A stretch of DNA of 64,000 nt from an uncultured Bacteroides sp. (GCA_964582335.1 CAZORI010000004.1:23953-87952), one strand, 5' to 3'; positions 32,217 to 42,350 are shown, counted from the first letter of the stretch. Numbers and translations are program-made. The notes: generated from the sequence alone by a model not told the origin.

Positions 32217-34157
32217 ATGAGTCCCGTAATACCTCTTTTGATTCTGGTCATCCCGTTGTTCATGTTCTTGCTGCTTGGCATCGCCGGCTGCAAGATGAGC
32301 CACAAGCTGGCAGGATGGCTCGGATGCCTGGGCTTGGGCACTACCACTGTGCTCGCCTATTTCACGGCTTTCACCTACTATTTCGACCCTGCCTACGTAG
32401 CCGAAACCGGCGAGCGCCTGCAGACAATAATCTTCAACCAAACATGGCTTGAGTTCACCCAAACGCTGGTGATTAAGTTTGGCTTCCTGCTCGACCCCAT
32501 ATCGGCGCTGATGCTGATTGTGATCACCACGATTTGCTTCATGGTGCACATCTACAGCTTGGGCTACATGGAAGGCGAAAAGGGCTTCCAGCGCTACTAT
32601 GCATTCTTGTCGCTATTCTGCTTCTCGATGCTTGGCTTGGTGGTTGCCTCCAACATATTCCAGATGTACATCTTCTGGGAGCTTGTGGGCGCTTCGTCCT
32701 ACTTGCTGATTGGCTTCTACTACACTCGCCCGTCGGCTGTGTCGGCTTCTAAGAAGGCATTCATCGTAACCCGCTTTGCCGACCTCGGCTTCCTCATCGG
32801 AATTTTGATACTTTCTTATTATACACAAACATTCGACTTCATCACCCTCACCTCCAATCCGGGCGCAGTGCTTGCATCAACTGGCGGCGCCACATTCATG
32901 GGAGCATCGGTGCTCACATGGGCGCTTGTGCTCATCTACATGGGCGGCATGGGCAAATCGGCAATGATGCCTCTGCACATCTGGCTCCCCGATGCCATGG
33001 AGGGCCCCACACCGGTGTCGGCCCTTATCCACGCTGCCACCATGGTTGTGGCCGGCGTGTTCTTGGTGGCTCGCATGTTCCCGGTGTATCTGATGGAGTA
33101 TAGCGCCACTGTATTCATCGTGGTAGTGGGCGCAGTCACTGCATTCTATGCCGCAATGGTGGCATGCACGCAGATCGACATCAAGCGCGTGCTCGCATTC
33201 TCCACCATTTCGCAGATTGCATTCATGATGGTGTCGCTCGGCGTGGCCAGCAACGGCAACGGCGAGGTATGCCACCACGGCCTCGGCTACATGGCTTCGA
33301 TGTTCCATTTGTTCACGCACGCTATGTTCAAGGCTCTGCTCTTCTTGGGAGCCGGCGCTCTTATTCACGCAGTGCACAGCAACGACTACACAGCCATGCA
33401 CGGCTTGCGCAAATACATGCCTATCACTCACATCACGTTCCTCATTGGCTGCTTGGCAATCGCCGGCATCCCGCCTTTTGCAGGATTCTTCTCTAAGGAC
33501 GAGATTCTGAGCGCATGCTACGCTTGGAGCCCCTGGATTGGCATTTGGATGACGATGGTGGCAGGCCTCACCGCTTTCTACATGTTCCGCCTCTACTACC
33601 TCATCTTCTGGTGGAAGGAGCATGAGTGCCATCACGGCCATGCGCCTCACGAGGCTCCGCTGCCCATGCGCATTCCGCTCATCTTCCTCGGAGCTGTGTC
33701 CGTTGTAGCCGGCCTGGTGCCCTTCGGCCACTTCGTCACCTACAACCGCATGCCCTACGACATACACCTCGATTGGGCCATCGCCGGCACCAGCATCGCT
33801 GTGGCATGCGTGGCAATCTTCATCGCCTACCGCATGTACTGCCACCAGAACGAAGTTCCCGCCAAGATGAAGGCCGCCCTGCCTCGCCTATGGGATTGGT
33901 GCTACCATCGCTTCTACTGGGACGAACTCTATATGTTTGTCACACATAAGATTATATTCAATGGCATATGCCGCCCCATTGCATGGTTTGACCGCCATAT
34001 CATCGACGGCACCATGGACGGCTTCGCCATCATCACCAACAAAGCCTCCTACGCCATCCGTGGCTTGCAGAGCGGCCAAGTGCAGATGTATGTATGGATC
34101 TACCTCATCGGCGCGCTCATCCTTGGCGCTCTTGGCGTAGCGTTCGTGTTATGTTGA
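32217..34157 (+). CDS. nuoL: NADH-quinone oxidoreductase subunit L
   Basis: 'GKSAMMPLHIWLPDAMEGPTPVSALIHAATMV', 'LAFSTISQ' and 'HAMFKALLFL'. Confidence 0.97.
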   Translation: MSPVIPLLILVIPLFMFLLLGIAGCKMSHKLAGWLGCLGLGTTTVLAYFTAFTYYFDPAYVAETGERLQTIIFNQTWLEFTQTLVIKFGFLLDPISALMLIVITTICFMVHIYSLGYMEGEKGFQRYYAFLSLFCFSMLGLVVASNIFQMYIFWELVGASSYLLIGFYYTRPSAVSASKKAFIVTRFADLGFLIGILILSYYTQTFDFITLTSNPGAVLASTGGATFMGASVLTWALVLIYMGGMGKSAMMPLHIWLPDAMEGPTPVSALIHAATMVVAGVFLVARMFPVYLMEYSATVFIVVVGAVTAFYAAMVACTQIDIKRVLAFSTISQIAFMMVSLGVASNGNGEVCHHGLGYMASMFHLFTHAMFKALLFLGAGALIHAVHSNDYTAMHGLRKYMPITHITFLIGCLAIAGIPPFAGFFSKDEILSACYAWSPWIGIWMTMVAGLTAFYMFRLYYLIFWWKEHECHHGHAPHEAPLPMRIPLIFLGAVSVVAGLVPFGHFVTYNRMPYDIHLDWAIAGTSIAVACVAIFIAYRMYCHQNEVPAKMKAALPRLWDWCYHRFYWDELYMFVTHKIIFNGICRPIAWFDRHIIDGTMDGFAIITNKASYAIRGLQSGQVQMYVWIYLIGALILGALGVAFVLC

Positions 34158-34193
34158 ATACAGTGCTAATCCTCAATAAAAATTGATTCGAAA

Positions 34194-35696
34194 ATGTTTG
34201 CGAATATATTGATATACTTTGTGGTGATTCCCCTGCTGATGCTTGCAGGGCTCGCCCTCTGCCGCAATATCAAGCAAGTGCGCACTGTAGCAGTGGTAGG
34301 CTCGCTGGCCCTGCTGGCCCTATCGGTGTACGTGCTGTGCGAATATCTGTGCTTGCGCGCAGCCGGAGCTGATGCTCCAATGTTGTTCACTGGTTCTTGG
34401 GAATGGTTCACGCCGCTCAACATACACCTGGCCGTAGGAGTCGATGGCATATCCATAGCCATGCTCGTCCTATCGTCAATCATCGTGTTTGCCGGCTCTT
34501 TCGCCTCCTGGACCATAGCCATGCCCAAGGAATTCTTCCTTTGGCTCATCCTGCTGTCGACGGGCGTCTTCGGCTTCTTCATCTCAATCGACTTGTTCAC
34601 AATGTTCATGTTCTATGAGGTTGCGCTCATCCCCATGTACCTTCTTATCGGCGTGTGGGGCTCGGGACGCAAGGAATACTCAGCCATGAAGCTCACGCTG
34701 ATGCTTATGGGCGGCTCGGCATTCCTGATGCTTGGCCTCATCGGCATCTACTATCACAGCAGCGTCGGCGGCCAGCACACCTGGAATCTGCTTGAGATTG
34801 CTCAGAACAATGCCATCACCACCGGCTGGCAATACTTCCTCTTCCCCATGACGTTTGTCGGCTTCGGCGTGCTTGGCGCCATGTTCCCCTTCCACACATG
34901 GAGCCCCGACGGTCACGCATCGGCCCCCACAGCAGTGTCGATGCTCCACGCCGGCGTGCTCATGAAGCTCGGCGGCTACGGATGCTTCCGCGTGGCTATT
35001 TACCTGATGCCCCAGGCTGCCAGCGACCTGGCATGGATTTTCTTGATTCTAACAGGCATCTCGGTGGTATACGGCGCATTCAGCGCATGCGTGCAGACTG
35101 ACCTCAAATACATCAATGCCTATTCGTCGGTGTCGCACTGCGGCCTGGTACTCTTCGCCATCCTCATGCTCAACACCACGGCAATGACCGGCGCAATCAT
35201 GCAGATGCTCTCGCACGGCTTGATGACAGCCCTCTTCTTTGCCCTCATAGGCATGATTTACGGACGCACCCACACTCGCGACATCCGCGAAATGGGAGGC
35301 TTGATGCAGATTATGCCTTATCTGGCCGTATGCTACGTGATTGCCGGTATGGCATCGCTTGGCTTGCCTGGCCTCAGCGGCTTCGTGGCTGAGATGACTA
35401 TCTTCATCGGCTCGTTTGAGCATGCCGACATGTTCCACCGCATATTCACGATTGTGGCTTGCACATCAATCGTAATCACAGCAGTCTACATCCTGCGTGT
35501 TGTGGGCAAGCTCCTCTTCGGCCCAGTGCAGAACGAACACCACCGCGAGCTCACCGACGCCACATGGTGGGAGCGTCTCTCTACCGTGACCCTTATCGTG
35601 GGCGTGGCCGCCATAGGCTGCTTCCCCAATTTCTTCGAAGGCCTCATCCGCACCACCTTCTCGCCTACGATATTTACAGTATTAGGACTGAACTAA
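34194..35696 (+). CDS. nuoM: NADH-quinone oxidoreductase subunit M
   Basis: 'FYEVALIPMY', 'FPFHTWSPDGHASAPT', 'KLGGYG' and 'LGLPGLSGFVAE'. Confidence 0.97.
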   Translation: MFANILIYFVVIPLLMLAGLALCRNIKQVRTVAVVGSLALLALSVYVLCEYLCLRAAGADAPMLFTGSWEWFTPLNIHLAVGVDGISIAMLVLSSIIVFAGSFASWTIAMPKEFFLWLILLSTGVFGFFISIDLFTMFMFYEVALIPMYLLIGVWGSGRKEYSAMKLTLMLMGGSAFLMLGLIGIYYHSSVGGQHTWNLLEIAQNNAITTGWQYFLFPMTFVGFGVLGAMFPFHTWSPDGHASAPTAVSMLHAGVLMKLGGYGCFRVAIYLMPQAASDLAWIFLILTGISVVYGAFSACVQTDLKYINAYSSVSHCGLVLFAILMLNTTAMTGAIMQMLSHGLMTALFFALIGMIYGRTHTRDIREMGGLMQIMPYLAVCYVIAGMASLGLPGLSGFVAEMTIFIGSFEHADMFHRIFTIVACTSIVITAVYILRVVGKLLFGPVQNEHHRELTDATWWERLSTVTLIVGVAAIGCFPNFFEGLIRTTFSPTIFTVLGLN

Positions 35697-35716
35697 ACCC
35701 CAAAGATTGAAACGCA

Positions 35717-37228
35717 ATGGATTACTCACAATTTTTGGCAATGAAGCAAGAGATAGGATTGCTTGTGGCATTCCTGTTGGTCTTCTTGTATGACATATGC
35801 ATTCCCCAGTCGGGCAGCGACGATGTGCAGCCCGACGGCACCGTGGCACGCTGCAGCTGCGGCAAGGGTTTGCCCTGGTTTGCAGCCCTGTTGATGCTTG
35901 TGCTCACCGTAGGAGGCTTCTGCCCATGCTGGCTTGGCACCGGCCATGAATCCGCATTCGCCGGCATGTACGAGTCTTCGCCTGTGATATGCGCCATCAA
36001 GAGCATCCTCAACATCGGCGTGGTGATAGTGCTCGTGCAATCGGCCAGCTGGGCTAATAGCCAGCCCATGCTCGTGCGTCGTGGCGAATTCTACCAGTTG
36101 CTGCTTGTGACGCTCTTCGGCATGTACATGATGATTTCAGCGCGCCACTTCCTGCTCTTCATTATCGGCCTCGAAAGCGCATCCCTGCCCCTGGCAGCAA
36201 TGGTGGCACTCGACAAAAACCGCTATGAGAGCCACGAAGCTGCCGTGAAATACATTCTCACTGCAGTGTTCTCATCGGGCATATTCATGATGGGCTTGTC
36301 ATTCGTATACGGCCTCACCGGCTCGCTCTACTTCGAGAACATTTACCTTGGCCTCGTAGGCCAGCACAGCACTCTACTGTGCATAGCGCTCGCATTCGTC
36401 ATCGCAGGCGTAGGCTTCAAGCTTTCGCTCGTGCCTTTCCACTTGTGGACGGCCGATGTTTACCAAGGCGCGCCCACTTCTGTCACCTCCTACCTGTCGG
36501 TAATCAGCAAGGGCGCAGCTGCCTTCGCCTTCATGGTGATTCTGGCTCAGGCTTTCGGCATGCTCTACCACCAAGTGTGGGAGTGGATGCTCTACATCCT
36601 TATTATCCTCACCATAACAGTCGGCAACCTTTTCGCCATACGCCAGCGCAACATGAAGCGCTTCCTGGCATTCTCGTCGATTTCGCAGGCCGGCTACATC
36701 ATGCTCGGCATCATCGGCTTCAACGCCATGGGCGTGGCAGCCATGATGTACTACATCCTGGTGTACATATTCAGCAACTTGGCTGCCTTCGGCGTGATTG
36801 GCGCCATAGAATATGCCACTGGCCGCGTGAGCATGGACGACTACAAAGGCTTGTACAAGACAAATCCGCGCTTGTCGTTTGCCATGATGCTGGCTATGTT
36901 CTCATTGGCAGGCATCCCGCCCTTCGCCGGATTCTTCTCGAAATTCTTCGTCTTCACAAGCGCCATCGACCAGGGCTCAATCGCCATCTACGTGCTTGTG
37001 CTCATAGCGTTGATCAACACGATTGTATCGCTTTACTACTATCTGCTGGTGGTAAAGGCTATGTTCATTAGCCCCGACGACTGCGTTATCCCCAACTTCC
37101 GCTCTACGTGCGCTGAGCGCTTGGGCCTGTGGATTACGGTGGCCGGCATCATCGTGCTTGGCATATTCAGCCCGATTTACAACTGGCTGCTCGACATATG
37201 CCAGAGCATGGGCTACATATTCTATTAA
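35717..37228 (+). CDS. nuoN: NADH-quinone oxidoreductase subunit N
   Basis: 'HEAAVKY', 'FKLSLVPFHLWTADVYQGAPT', 'KRFLAFSSISQAGY' and 'AGIPPFAGFFSK'. Confidence 0.97.
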   Translation: MDYSQFLAMKQEIGLLVAFLLVFLYDICIPQSGSDDVQPDGTVARCSCGKGLPWFAALLMLVLTVGGFCPCWLGTGHESAFAGMYESSPVICAIKSILNIGVVIVLVQSASWANSQPMLVRRGEFYQLLLVTLFGMYMMISARHFLLFIIGLESASLPLAAMVALDKNRYESHEAAVKYILTAVFSSGIFMMGLSFVYGLTGSLYFENIYLGLVGQHSTLLCIALAFVIAGVGFKLSLVPFHLWTADVYQGAPTSVTSYLSVISKGAAAFAFMVILAQAFGMLYHQVWEWMLYILIILTITVGNLFAIRQRNMKRFLAFSSISQAGYIMLGIIGFNAMGVAAMMYYILVYIFSNLAAFGVIGAIEYATGRVSMDDYKGLYKTNPRLSFAMMLAMFSLAGIPPFAGFFSKFFVFTSAIDQGSIAIYVLVLIALINTIVSLYYYLLVVKAMFISPDDCVIPNFRSTCAERLGLWITVAGIIVLGIFSPIYNWLLDICQSMGYIFY

Positions 37229-37272
37229 AAATCAACATCATAATCATCTATAGTACTAACATAATCAAACGT

Positions 37273-37309
37273 GATGTCCTTGACCTGGGAAGGCCAAGGA
37301 CATCTTTTT
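37273..37309 (+). terminator. Terminator of the nuo-atp-nuo unit
   Basis: GATGTCCTTG...CAAGGACATC 10-bp stem followed by TTTTT. Confidence 0.85.
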
Positions 37310-37412
37310 GCTACAAAGGCATATAGAAGGGAAAATTCTTAATATTCCTTAATATTTGTGAGATTGGCGCGCACTGAGGATGCAAAATTTGTGCAATACA
37401 CGAAAAATTCAC

Positions 37413-37420
37413 TAAATTTG
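37413..37420 (+). promoter_or_regulatory. -7 box (TAAATTTG) for glycine-tRNA ligase
   Basis: Consensus match 32 nt before the ATG. Confidence 0.7.
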
Positions 37421-37452
37421 CGGTTTAGATACTAAATAATTCTCAAAAAGAA

Positions 37453-38997
37453 ATGGTACAACAAGAAGACGTCTTCAAGAAAATCGTTTCACACGCCAAG
37501 GAATACGGTTTCGTCTTTCCCTCAAGTGAAATCTATGATGGCCTCGCTGCCGTATACGACTACGGACAAAACGGCGTTGAGCTCAAAAACAATATCAAGC
37601 GCTACTGGTGGGAGGCTATGACCCTGCTGCACGAAAACATCGTCGGCATCGACTCAGCCATATTCATGCACCCCACCATTTGGAAAGCCTCTGGCCACGT
37701 CGACGCCTTCAACGACCCGCTGATTGACAATCGCGACTCTAAGAAACGCTATCGCGCTGACGTGCTCATCGAGGAGCAAATCGCCAAAATCGACGACAAA
37801 ATCGAGAAGGAAGTGGCCAAGGCCGCCAAGAAATTCGGCGGCAGCTTCGACGAAGCGCTCTACCGCCAAACAAATCCCCGCGTGCTGGAGCACACACGCA
37901 AGCGCGACGCGCTGCACCAGCGCTACAGCGATGCCATGAACGCCAACGACCTCGCTGAGCTCCGCCAGATTATTCTCGACGAAGGTATCGTATGCCCAAT
38001 TTCCGGCACTAAGAACTGGACCGAAGTGCGCCAATTCAACCTCATGTTCAAAACCGAGATGGGCTCAACTGCCGATGGCGCAATGACAGTGTACCTGCGC
38101 CCGGAGACAGCCCAAGGCATATTCGTCAATTTCCTCAACGTGCAGAAGACCGGACGCATGCGCCTGCCATTTGGCATCGCGCAGATTGGAAAGGCCTTCC
38201 GCAACGAAATCGTTGCGCGCCAATTCATATTCCGCATGCGTGAATTCGAGCAGATGGAAATGCAATTCTTCGTGCGTCCCGGCTCGGAGATAGAATGGTT
38301 CAGATACTGGAAAGAATGGCGCTTGCGCTGGCACAAGGCCCTTGGCCTCGGCGACGAAAAATATCGCTACCATGATCACGAAAAGCTCGCACACTATGCC
38401 AACGCCGCCACCGACATCGAATTCGAGATGCCTTTCGGATTCAAGGAAGTGGAGGGCATACACTCCCGCACCAATTTCGACCTCTCGCAGCACGAGAAAT
38501 ACAGCCACAAGAAAATTCAATACTTCGATCCCGAGCTCAACGAAAACTACACCCCCTACGTAATCGAAACCTCGATTGGCGTTGACCGCATGTTCCTTTC
38601 GGTGCTATGCTCATCCTACGAGGAGCAGCAGCTCGAAGGCGGCGACTCGCGAGTTGTGCTGCATTTGCCCGCGCCGCTCGCTCCCGTGAAGTGCGCTGTT
38701 ATGCCCCTCGTGCGCAAGGACGGCCTTCCTGAAAAAGCACGCGAAATCGTCAACGACCTGAAATTCGACTTCGCCACACATTACGACGAAAAAGACTCGA
38801 TCGGCAAGCGCTACCGCCGCCAAGATGCCATAGGCACTCCCTATTGCATCACAGTCGACCACCAGACTCTCGAAGACAACACCGTGACGCTGCGAGAGCG
38901 CGACTCGATGCAGCAGCAGCGCGTGCACGTAGAAGGCCTTCACAAACTCATTCACAACAACGTAAGCCTCAATTCATTGCTGAGAAAGCTCGCATGA
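37453..38997 (+). CDS. glyQS: Glycine--tRNA ligase (alpha2 homodimeric type)
   Basis: 'YDYGQNGVELKNN', 'YLRPETAQGIF', 'RMREFEQME', 'LAHYA' and 'GIHSRTNFDL'. Confidence 0.97.
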   Translation: MVQQEDVFKKIVSHAKEYGFVFPSSEIYDGLAAVYDYGQNGVELKNNIKRYWWEAMTLLHENIVGIDSAIFMHPTIWKASGHVDAFNDPLIDNRDSKKRYRADVLIEEQIAKIDDKIEKEVAKAAKKFGGSFDEALYRQTNPRVLEHTRKRDALHQRYSDAMNANDLAELRQIILDEGIVCPISGTKNWTEVRQFNLMFKTEMGSTADGAMTVYLRPETAQGIFVNFLNVQKTGRMRLPFGIAQIGKAFRNEIVARQFIFRMREFEQMEMQFFVRPGSEIEWFRYWKEWRLRWHKALGLGDEKYRYHDHEKLAHYANAATDIEFEMPFGFKEVEGIHSRTNFDLSQHEKYSHKKIQYFDPELNENYTPYVIETSIGVDRMFLSVLCSSYEEQQLEGGDSRVVLHLPAPLAPVKCAVMPLVRKDGLPEKAREIVNDLKFDFATHYDEKDSIGKRYRRQDAIGTPYCITVDHQTLEDNTVTLRERDSMQQQRVHVEGLHKLIHNNVSLNSLLRKLA

Positions 38998-39026
38998 TTG
39001 GCGTTTGCGCATCCACACAACAAAAT

Positions 39027-39587
39027 ATGAAAAAACTTCCATTTATAATTGTCCTGATTATAGCCGGCGCCTGGGCATTCTCTGCCTGCAGCAGCGACAG
39101 CAAAACCGTGTATGAAATGTACTCCGAATGGTATGAGGAGAACGAAACATGGCTACAGGAGCAAAAGTCGCTGACAGATGCCGACGGCTCGCCCTACTAC
39201 TCAACAATTGTGCCCTCCTGGAACAACCAGGCATACGTGCTGATACACTATTACAACGACCGCTCGCTCACTGCCGGGAATCTGTCGCCTCTTTACACGT
39301 CGACAGTCGACACGCGCTATCATCTATACTACTGCGATGACACCCCCATCGACTCGTCGACCAACATCACCACCTACGGGCAAGGCATTTTCCGCACCAA
39401 GCTTTCAGAGGTGATTGATGGTTGGAGCATAGCCCTGCTCGACATGCGCTGCGGCGACTCGGCCGAGGTGATCATCCCCTATGCCCAAGGATACGGAGTC
39501 AGCACGTCGTCGAGCGTGTTGCCCTACTCCAACTTGAGATTCCAAATCAAGCTCGTAGATATTCCCTACTATGGAGTGAATAACTAA
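39027..39587 (+). CDS. FKBP-type peptidyl-prolyl isomerase lipoprotein
   Basis: Lipobox FSAC, 'VIDGWSIALLDM..GD....IIPYAQGYG' and 'PYSNLRFQIKL'. Start at 39027; the ORF-track extension overlaps glyQS. Confidence 0.85.
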   Translation: MKKLPFIIVLIIAGAWAFSACSSDSKTVYEMYSEWYEENETWLQEQKSLTDADGSPYYSTIVPSWNNQAYVLIHYYNDRSLTAGNLSPLYTSTVDTRYHLYYCDDTPIDSSTNITTYGQGIFRTKLSEVIDGWSIALLDMRCGDSAEVIIPYAQGYGVSTSSSVLPYSNLRFQIKLVDIPYYGVNN

Positions 39588-39594
39588 TCGTGAG

Positions 39595-39622
39595 CAGCGA
39601 ACAGTGAACAGTGAACAGTGAA
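39595..39622 (+). repeat. Heptamer tandem repeat (CAGTGAA x4, first copy CAGCGAA)
   Basis: Seen directly between the FKBP gene and dusB. Confidence 0.85.
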
Positions 39623-39630
39623 TAACTGAT

Positions 39631-40620
39631 ATGATTATAGGCAATGTTGATCTTGGCGAGCGCCCGGTAATGCTAGCTCCGATGGAGGATGTTACCGATG
39701 CTTCGTTTCGCCTGATTTGCAAGGAGATGGGCGCCGACCTCACTTACACAGAGTTCGTTTCAGCCGAAGCCCTAATCCGCAACATTGCCGCCACTACACG
39801 CAAATTGGCAATCAATCCCGGCGAACGCCCCACTGCAATACAGATTTACGGCCGAGAGCCCGGCGACATGGCCCAAGCCGCAGTCATTGCCGAAAAAGCC
39901 GACCCCGACATCATCGACATCAACTTTGGCTGCCCGGTGAAGAAAGTGGCTGGCAAGGGCGCCGGATCCGGATTGCTTCGCGACATCCCCAAGATGCTCG
40001 AAATAACGCGTGCCGTGGTGAACGCTGTGAGCAAGCCTGTGACCGTGAAGACTCGCTTGGGCTGGGACTGCAACAGCAAAATCATAGTGGACCTGGCCGA
40101 GCAATTGCAGGATTGCGGCATACAAGCCATCACCGTGCACGGGCGCACTCGCTCACAGATGTACACTGGCGAAGCCGACTGGGAAATGATAGGGCAAGTG
40201 AAGGCAAATCCGCGCCTGCGCATCCCAGTGATAGGCAACGGCGATATCAGCACGCCCGAGCAGCTTCGCAAGGCATTCGACACTTACGGCGTAGACGGCG
40301 TGATGGTGGGCCGAGCGTCAATAGGCGCGCCCTGGATATTCCGAGATCTCAAGCGCGGACTCCTCGGCGACAGCGCCGGCCCCGAGCTCGACTGGCACGA
40401 AAAGTGGGCATGCCTTCGCCGCCAAATCAACGAAAGCATCGACCGCATCGACGAATACCGTGGCATACTGCACATACGCCGGCACCTGGCCGTATGCCCT
40501 CTGATGAAAGGCATCCCCAATTTCCGCGAAACGCGCATAGCAATCCTCCAAGCCGACACTAAGGACAAACTGATGAGCCTGCTACAAATGGTTGAAGATA
40601 AGTATTACCCACAAAAATAA
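39631..40620 (+). CDS. dusB: tRNA-dihydrouridine synthase
   Basis: LAPMEDVTD, 'IDINFGCP', 'VTVKTRLGW', 'VHGRTR', 'IGNGDI' and 'VMVGRA'. Confidence 0.95.
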   Translation: MIIGNVDLGERPVMLAPMEDVTDASFRLICKEMGADLTYTEFVSAEALIRNIAATTRKLAINPGERPTAIQIYGREPGDMAQAAVIAEKADPDIIDINFGCPVKKVAGKGAGSGLLRDIPKMLEITRAVVNAVSKPVTVKTRLGWDCNSKIIVDLAEQLQDCGIQAITVHGRTRSQMYTGEADWEMIGQVKANPRLRIPVIGNGDISTPEQLRKAFDTYGVDGVMVGRASIGAPWIFRDLKRGLLGDSAGPELDWHEKWACLRRQINESIDRIDEYRGILHIRRHLAVCPLMKGIPNFRETRIAILQADTKDKLMSLLQMVEDKYYPQK

Positions 40621-40626
40621 TATCCA

Positions 40627-41319
40627 ATGAAACACATATTGCTCACCCTTGCCGCTGCATGCTTCATGACGGCAGCCAACGCTCAAACCCAAGACTATAA
40701 GCTCGATATTGGCGACTTCCATGAGATCACTGTGGCAAACAATATCCCCGTCGTGTACAAGAACTCTGTCGACTCGGCTGGAATGGCACTGTATTCATGC
40801 GAGCCGTCGGTGGCCTCGTCAATTGCGTTCTCCAACGACAAGGCAAAGCTAAAGATACAATACAACCAGGACAGTGAAATCACCACCACTCCGGTGATTA
40901 CGCTCTACTCTTCGACACTTACGAAAGTCACCAACTGGGGCGACTCTACCATCGTAATAGAGCAGCTCACTCCCACATCGTCGTTCAAGGCAAAGGTGAT
41001 TGGCAACGGAGACATATCCGTGCTTAATCTGGTGACAACAAAGGCTGAAGCCGCTGTGCAAGCAGGTTCGGGACACATCTACATCTCAGGCAAGGCTCAA
41101 AACGCTAAATTTGAATTGGCCAGCGCAGGCTCAATCGAAGGCGGCAACTTGGAGGCAACACAAGTGACATGCTCGCTGGTGGGCACCGGCTCTATCGACT
41201 GCTATCCTACCGAGAAACTCAGTGTGAGAGGACTCGGCTCCGGCAAGGTGCTGTACAAGGGAGATCCGAAACAAGTGAAGAACCACGGCGTGGGCATCAA
41301 GCTAATCAAAATAGACTGA
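40627..41319 (+). CDS. DUF2807 / GIN-domain secreted protein
   Basis: Signal peptide ending AANA-Q, 'GDF.EI.V' start, repeated 'GxGxI' beta-helix units and 'GSGKVLYKGDP'. Confidence 0.8.
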   Translation: MKHILLTLAAACFMTAANAQTQDYKLDIGDFHEITVANNIPVVYKNSVDSAGMALYSCEPSVASSIAFSNDKAKLKIQYNQDSEITTTPVITLYSSTLTKVTNWGDSTIVIEQLTPTSSFKAKVIGNGDISVLNLVTTKAEAAVQAGSGHIYISGKAQNAKFELASAGSIEGGNLEATQVTCSLVGTGSIDCYPTEKLSVRGLGSGKVLYKGDPKQVKNHGVGIKLIKID

Positions 41320-42285
41320 TTATCTGAAGAGGCGCCCAATGGCAATGCCCCAGTCGCGCAAAGTGAGGTCGATGGGCGTAATAAATGGCGTGATGGGCTT
41401 CTCGCTCTTGGGCCCGTAGATGCGTATGCTGTGTGGCAAGCAGTTTACCTCCACAGGGCTGCCTAAGTCGATAGGCTCGCCGTCGACATGCGCCCAGGCT
41501 TCGCCCTTGCACTCTACCGTCACATTCTTTGCGCGCAGCGTCTCGATGTGGCTGTTGTATGGCACCATGCCCGATATTAGGTCGAAACCGGCCAGCAGCA
41601 TCTGCATCACATTGCCGCTCTTCATAATCACCACGTCGAGCATGCCGTCGGTAATCGATGCCTCCGGCGCTATGAATGCGTTGTTGCCATATTGCGACGC
41701 ATTGCACACGGCCACAAGGAAAGCCTCCTCGTGATGAACCACGCCGTCGACCGTAATGCGGTAAGGCTGAGCCTTATAGTGGCTGAATTCCTCAACAACG
41801 TTCTTGATGTAGGTCATGCGTCCGCGCTTGCCGGCCTTTGCAAACTTGTGCGACACTATACCGTCGAACCCAAGGCCCATAGTGCAGAAAAACAAGCGAC
41901 CATTGGCCACGCCGCAGTCGCACGTGAGTATGTTGCGATTGGCGATGATGTCGACCGACAGCTCCTCGTCGATGGGTATGTCGAGATGGCGTGCCAAGCC
42001 ATTGCCGCTGCCCGAAGGCACTATGCCGAGCGCCACCCCGGTGCCGCACAGAGCCTTGGCTGTCTCATTGACAGTGCCGTCGCCTCCGCACACGGTGACG
42101 CTACCATAGCCCTGGCTGACAGCCTTGTGCGCCAAAGCAGTGGCATGGCCCTTGCCTCTGGTGTACTCGGTGTCGACGACAAATCCCTTCGACATAAGCA
42201 CCTCTCGAAGCTTCTCTGCCATGCCGACTTTGGAATTCACGCCGGCCTTGGGATTCACTATTAACAGCATCTTGTTTTCTTCCAT
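41320..42285 (-). CDS. YegS/DAGK-family lipid kinase
   Basis: 'IVNPKAG', 'GGDGTVNE', 'VPSGSGNGLAR' and 'HVDGE' motifs. Confidence 0.92.
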   Translation of the reverse strand: MEENKMLLIVNPKAGVNSKVGMAEKLREVLMSKGFVVDTEYTRGKGHATALAHKAVSQGYGSVTVCGGDGTVNETAKALCGTGVALGIVPSGSGNGLARHLDIPIDEELSVDIIANRNILTCDCGVANGRLFFCTMGLGFDGIVSHKFAKAGKRGRMTYIKNVVEEFSHYKAQPYRITVDGVVHHEEAFLVAVCNASQYGNNAFIAPEASITDGMLDVVIMKSGNVMQMLLAGFDLISGMVPYNSHIETLRAKNVTVECKGEAWAHVDGEPIDLGSPVEVNCLPHSIRIYGPKSEKPITPFITPIDLTLRDWGIAIGRLFR

Positions 42286-42289
42286 GCGG

Positions 42290-42297
42290 CAAAGTTA
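42290..42297 (-). promoter_or_regulatory. -7 box (TAACTTTG) 4 nt upstream of the lipid kinase ATG
   Basis: Minus strand reads TAACTTTG-CCGC-ATG. Confidence 0.65.
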
Positions 42298-42350
42298 CAA
42301 AAAATTGACATATTTGCAAAGTCAAAAACACCATTGTCGGATTTATTTAT

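Noticed and set aside
38844-39026. ORF-track N-terminal extensions (38844, 43328, 44061, 45020, 55816, 31857, 52335, 7841, 18523, 4550, 46921)
   Set aside because: They overlap upstream genes or precede the promoter box. Downstream starts give proper signal peptides, ATGA couplings or family-typical N-termini.
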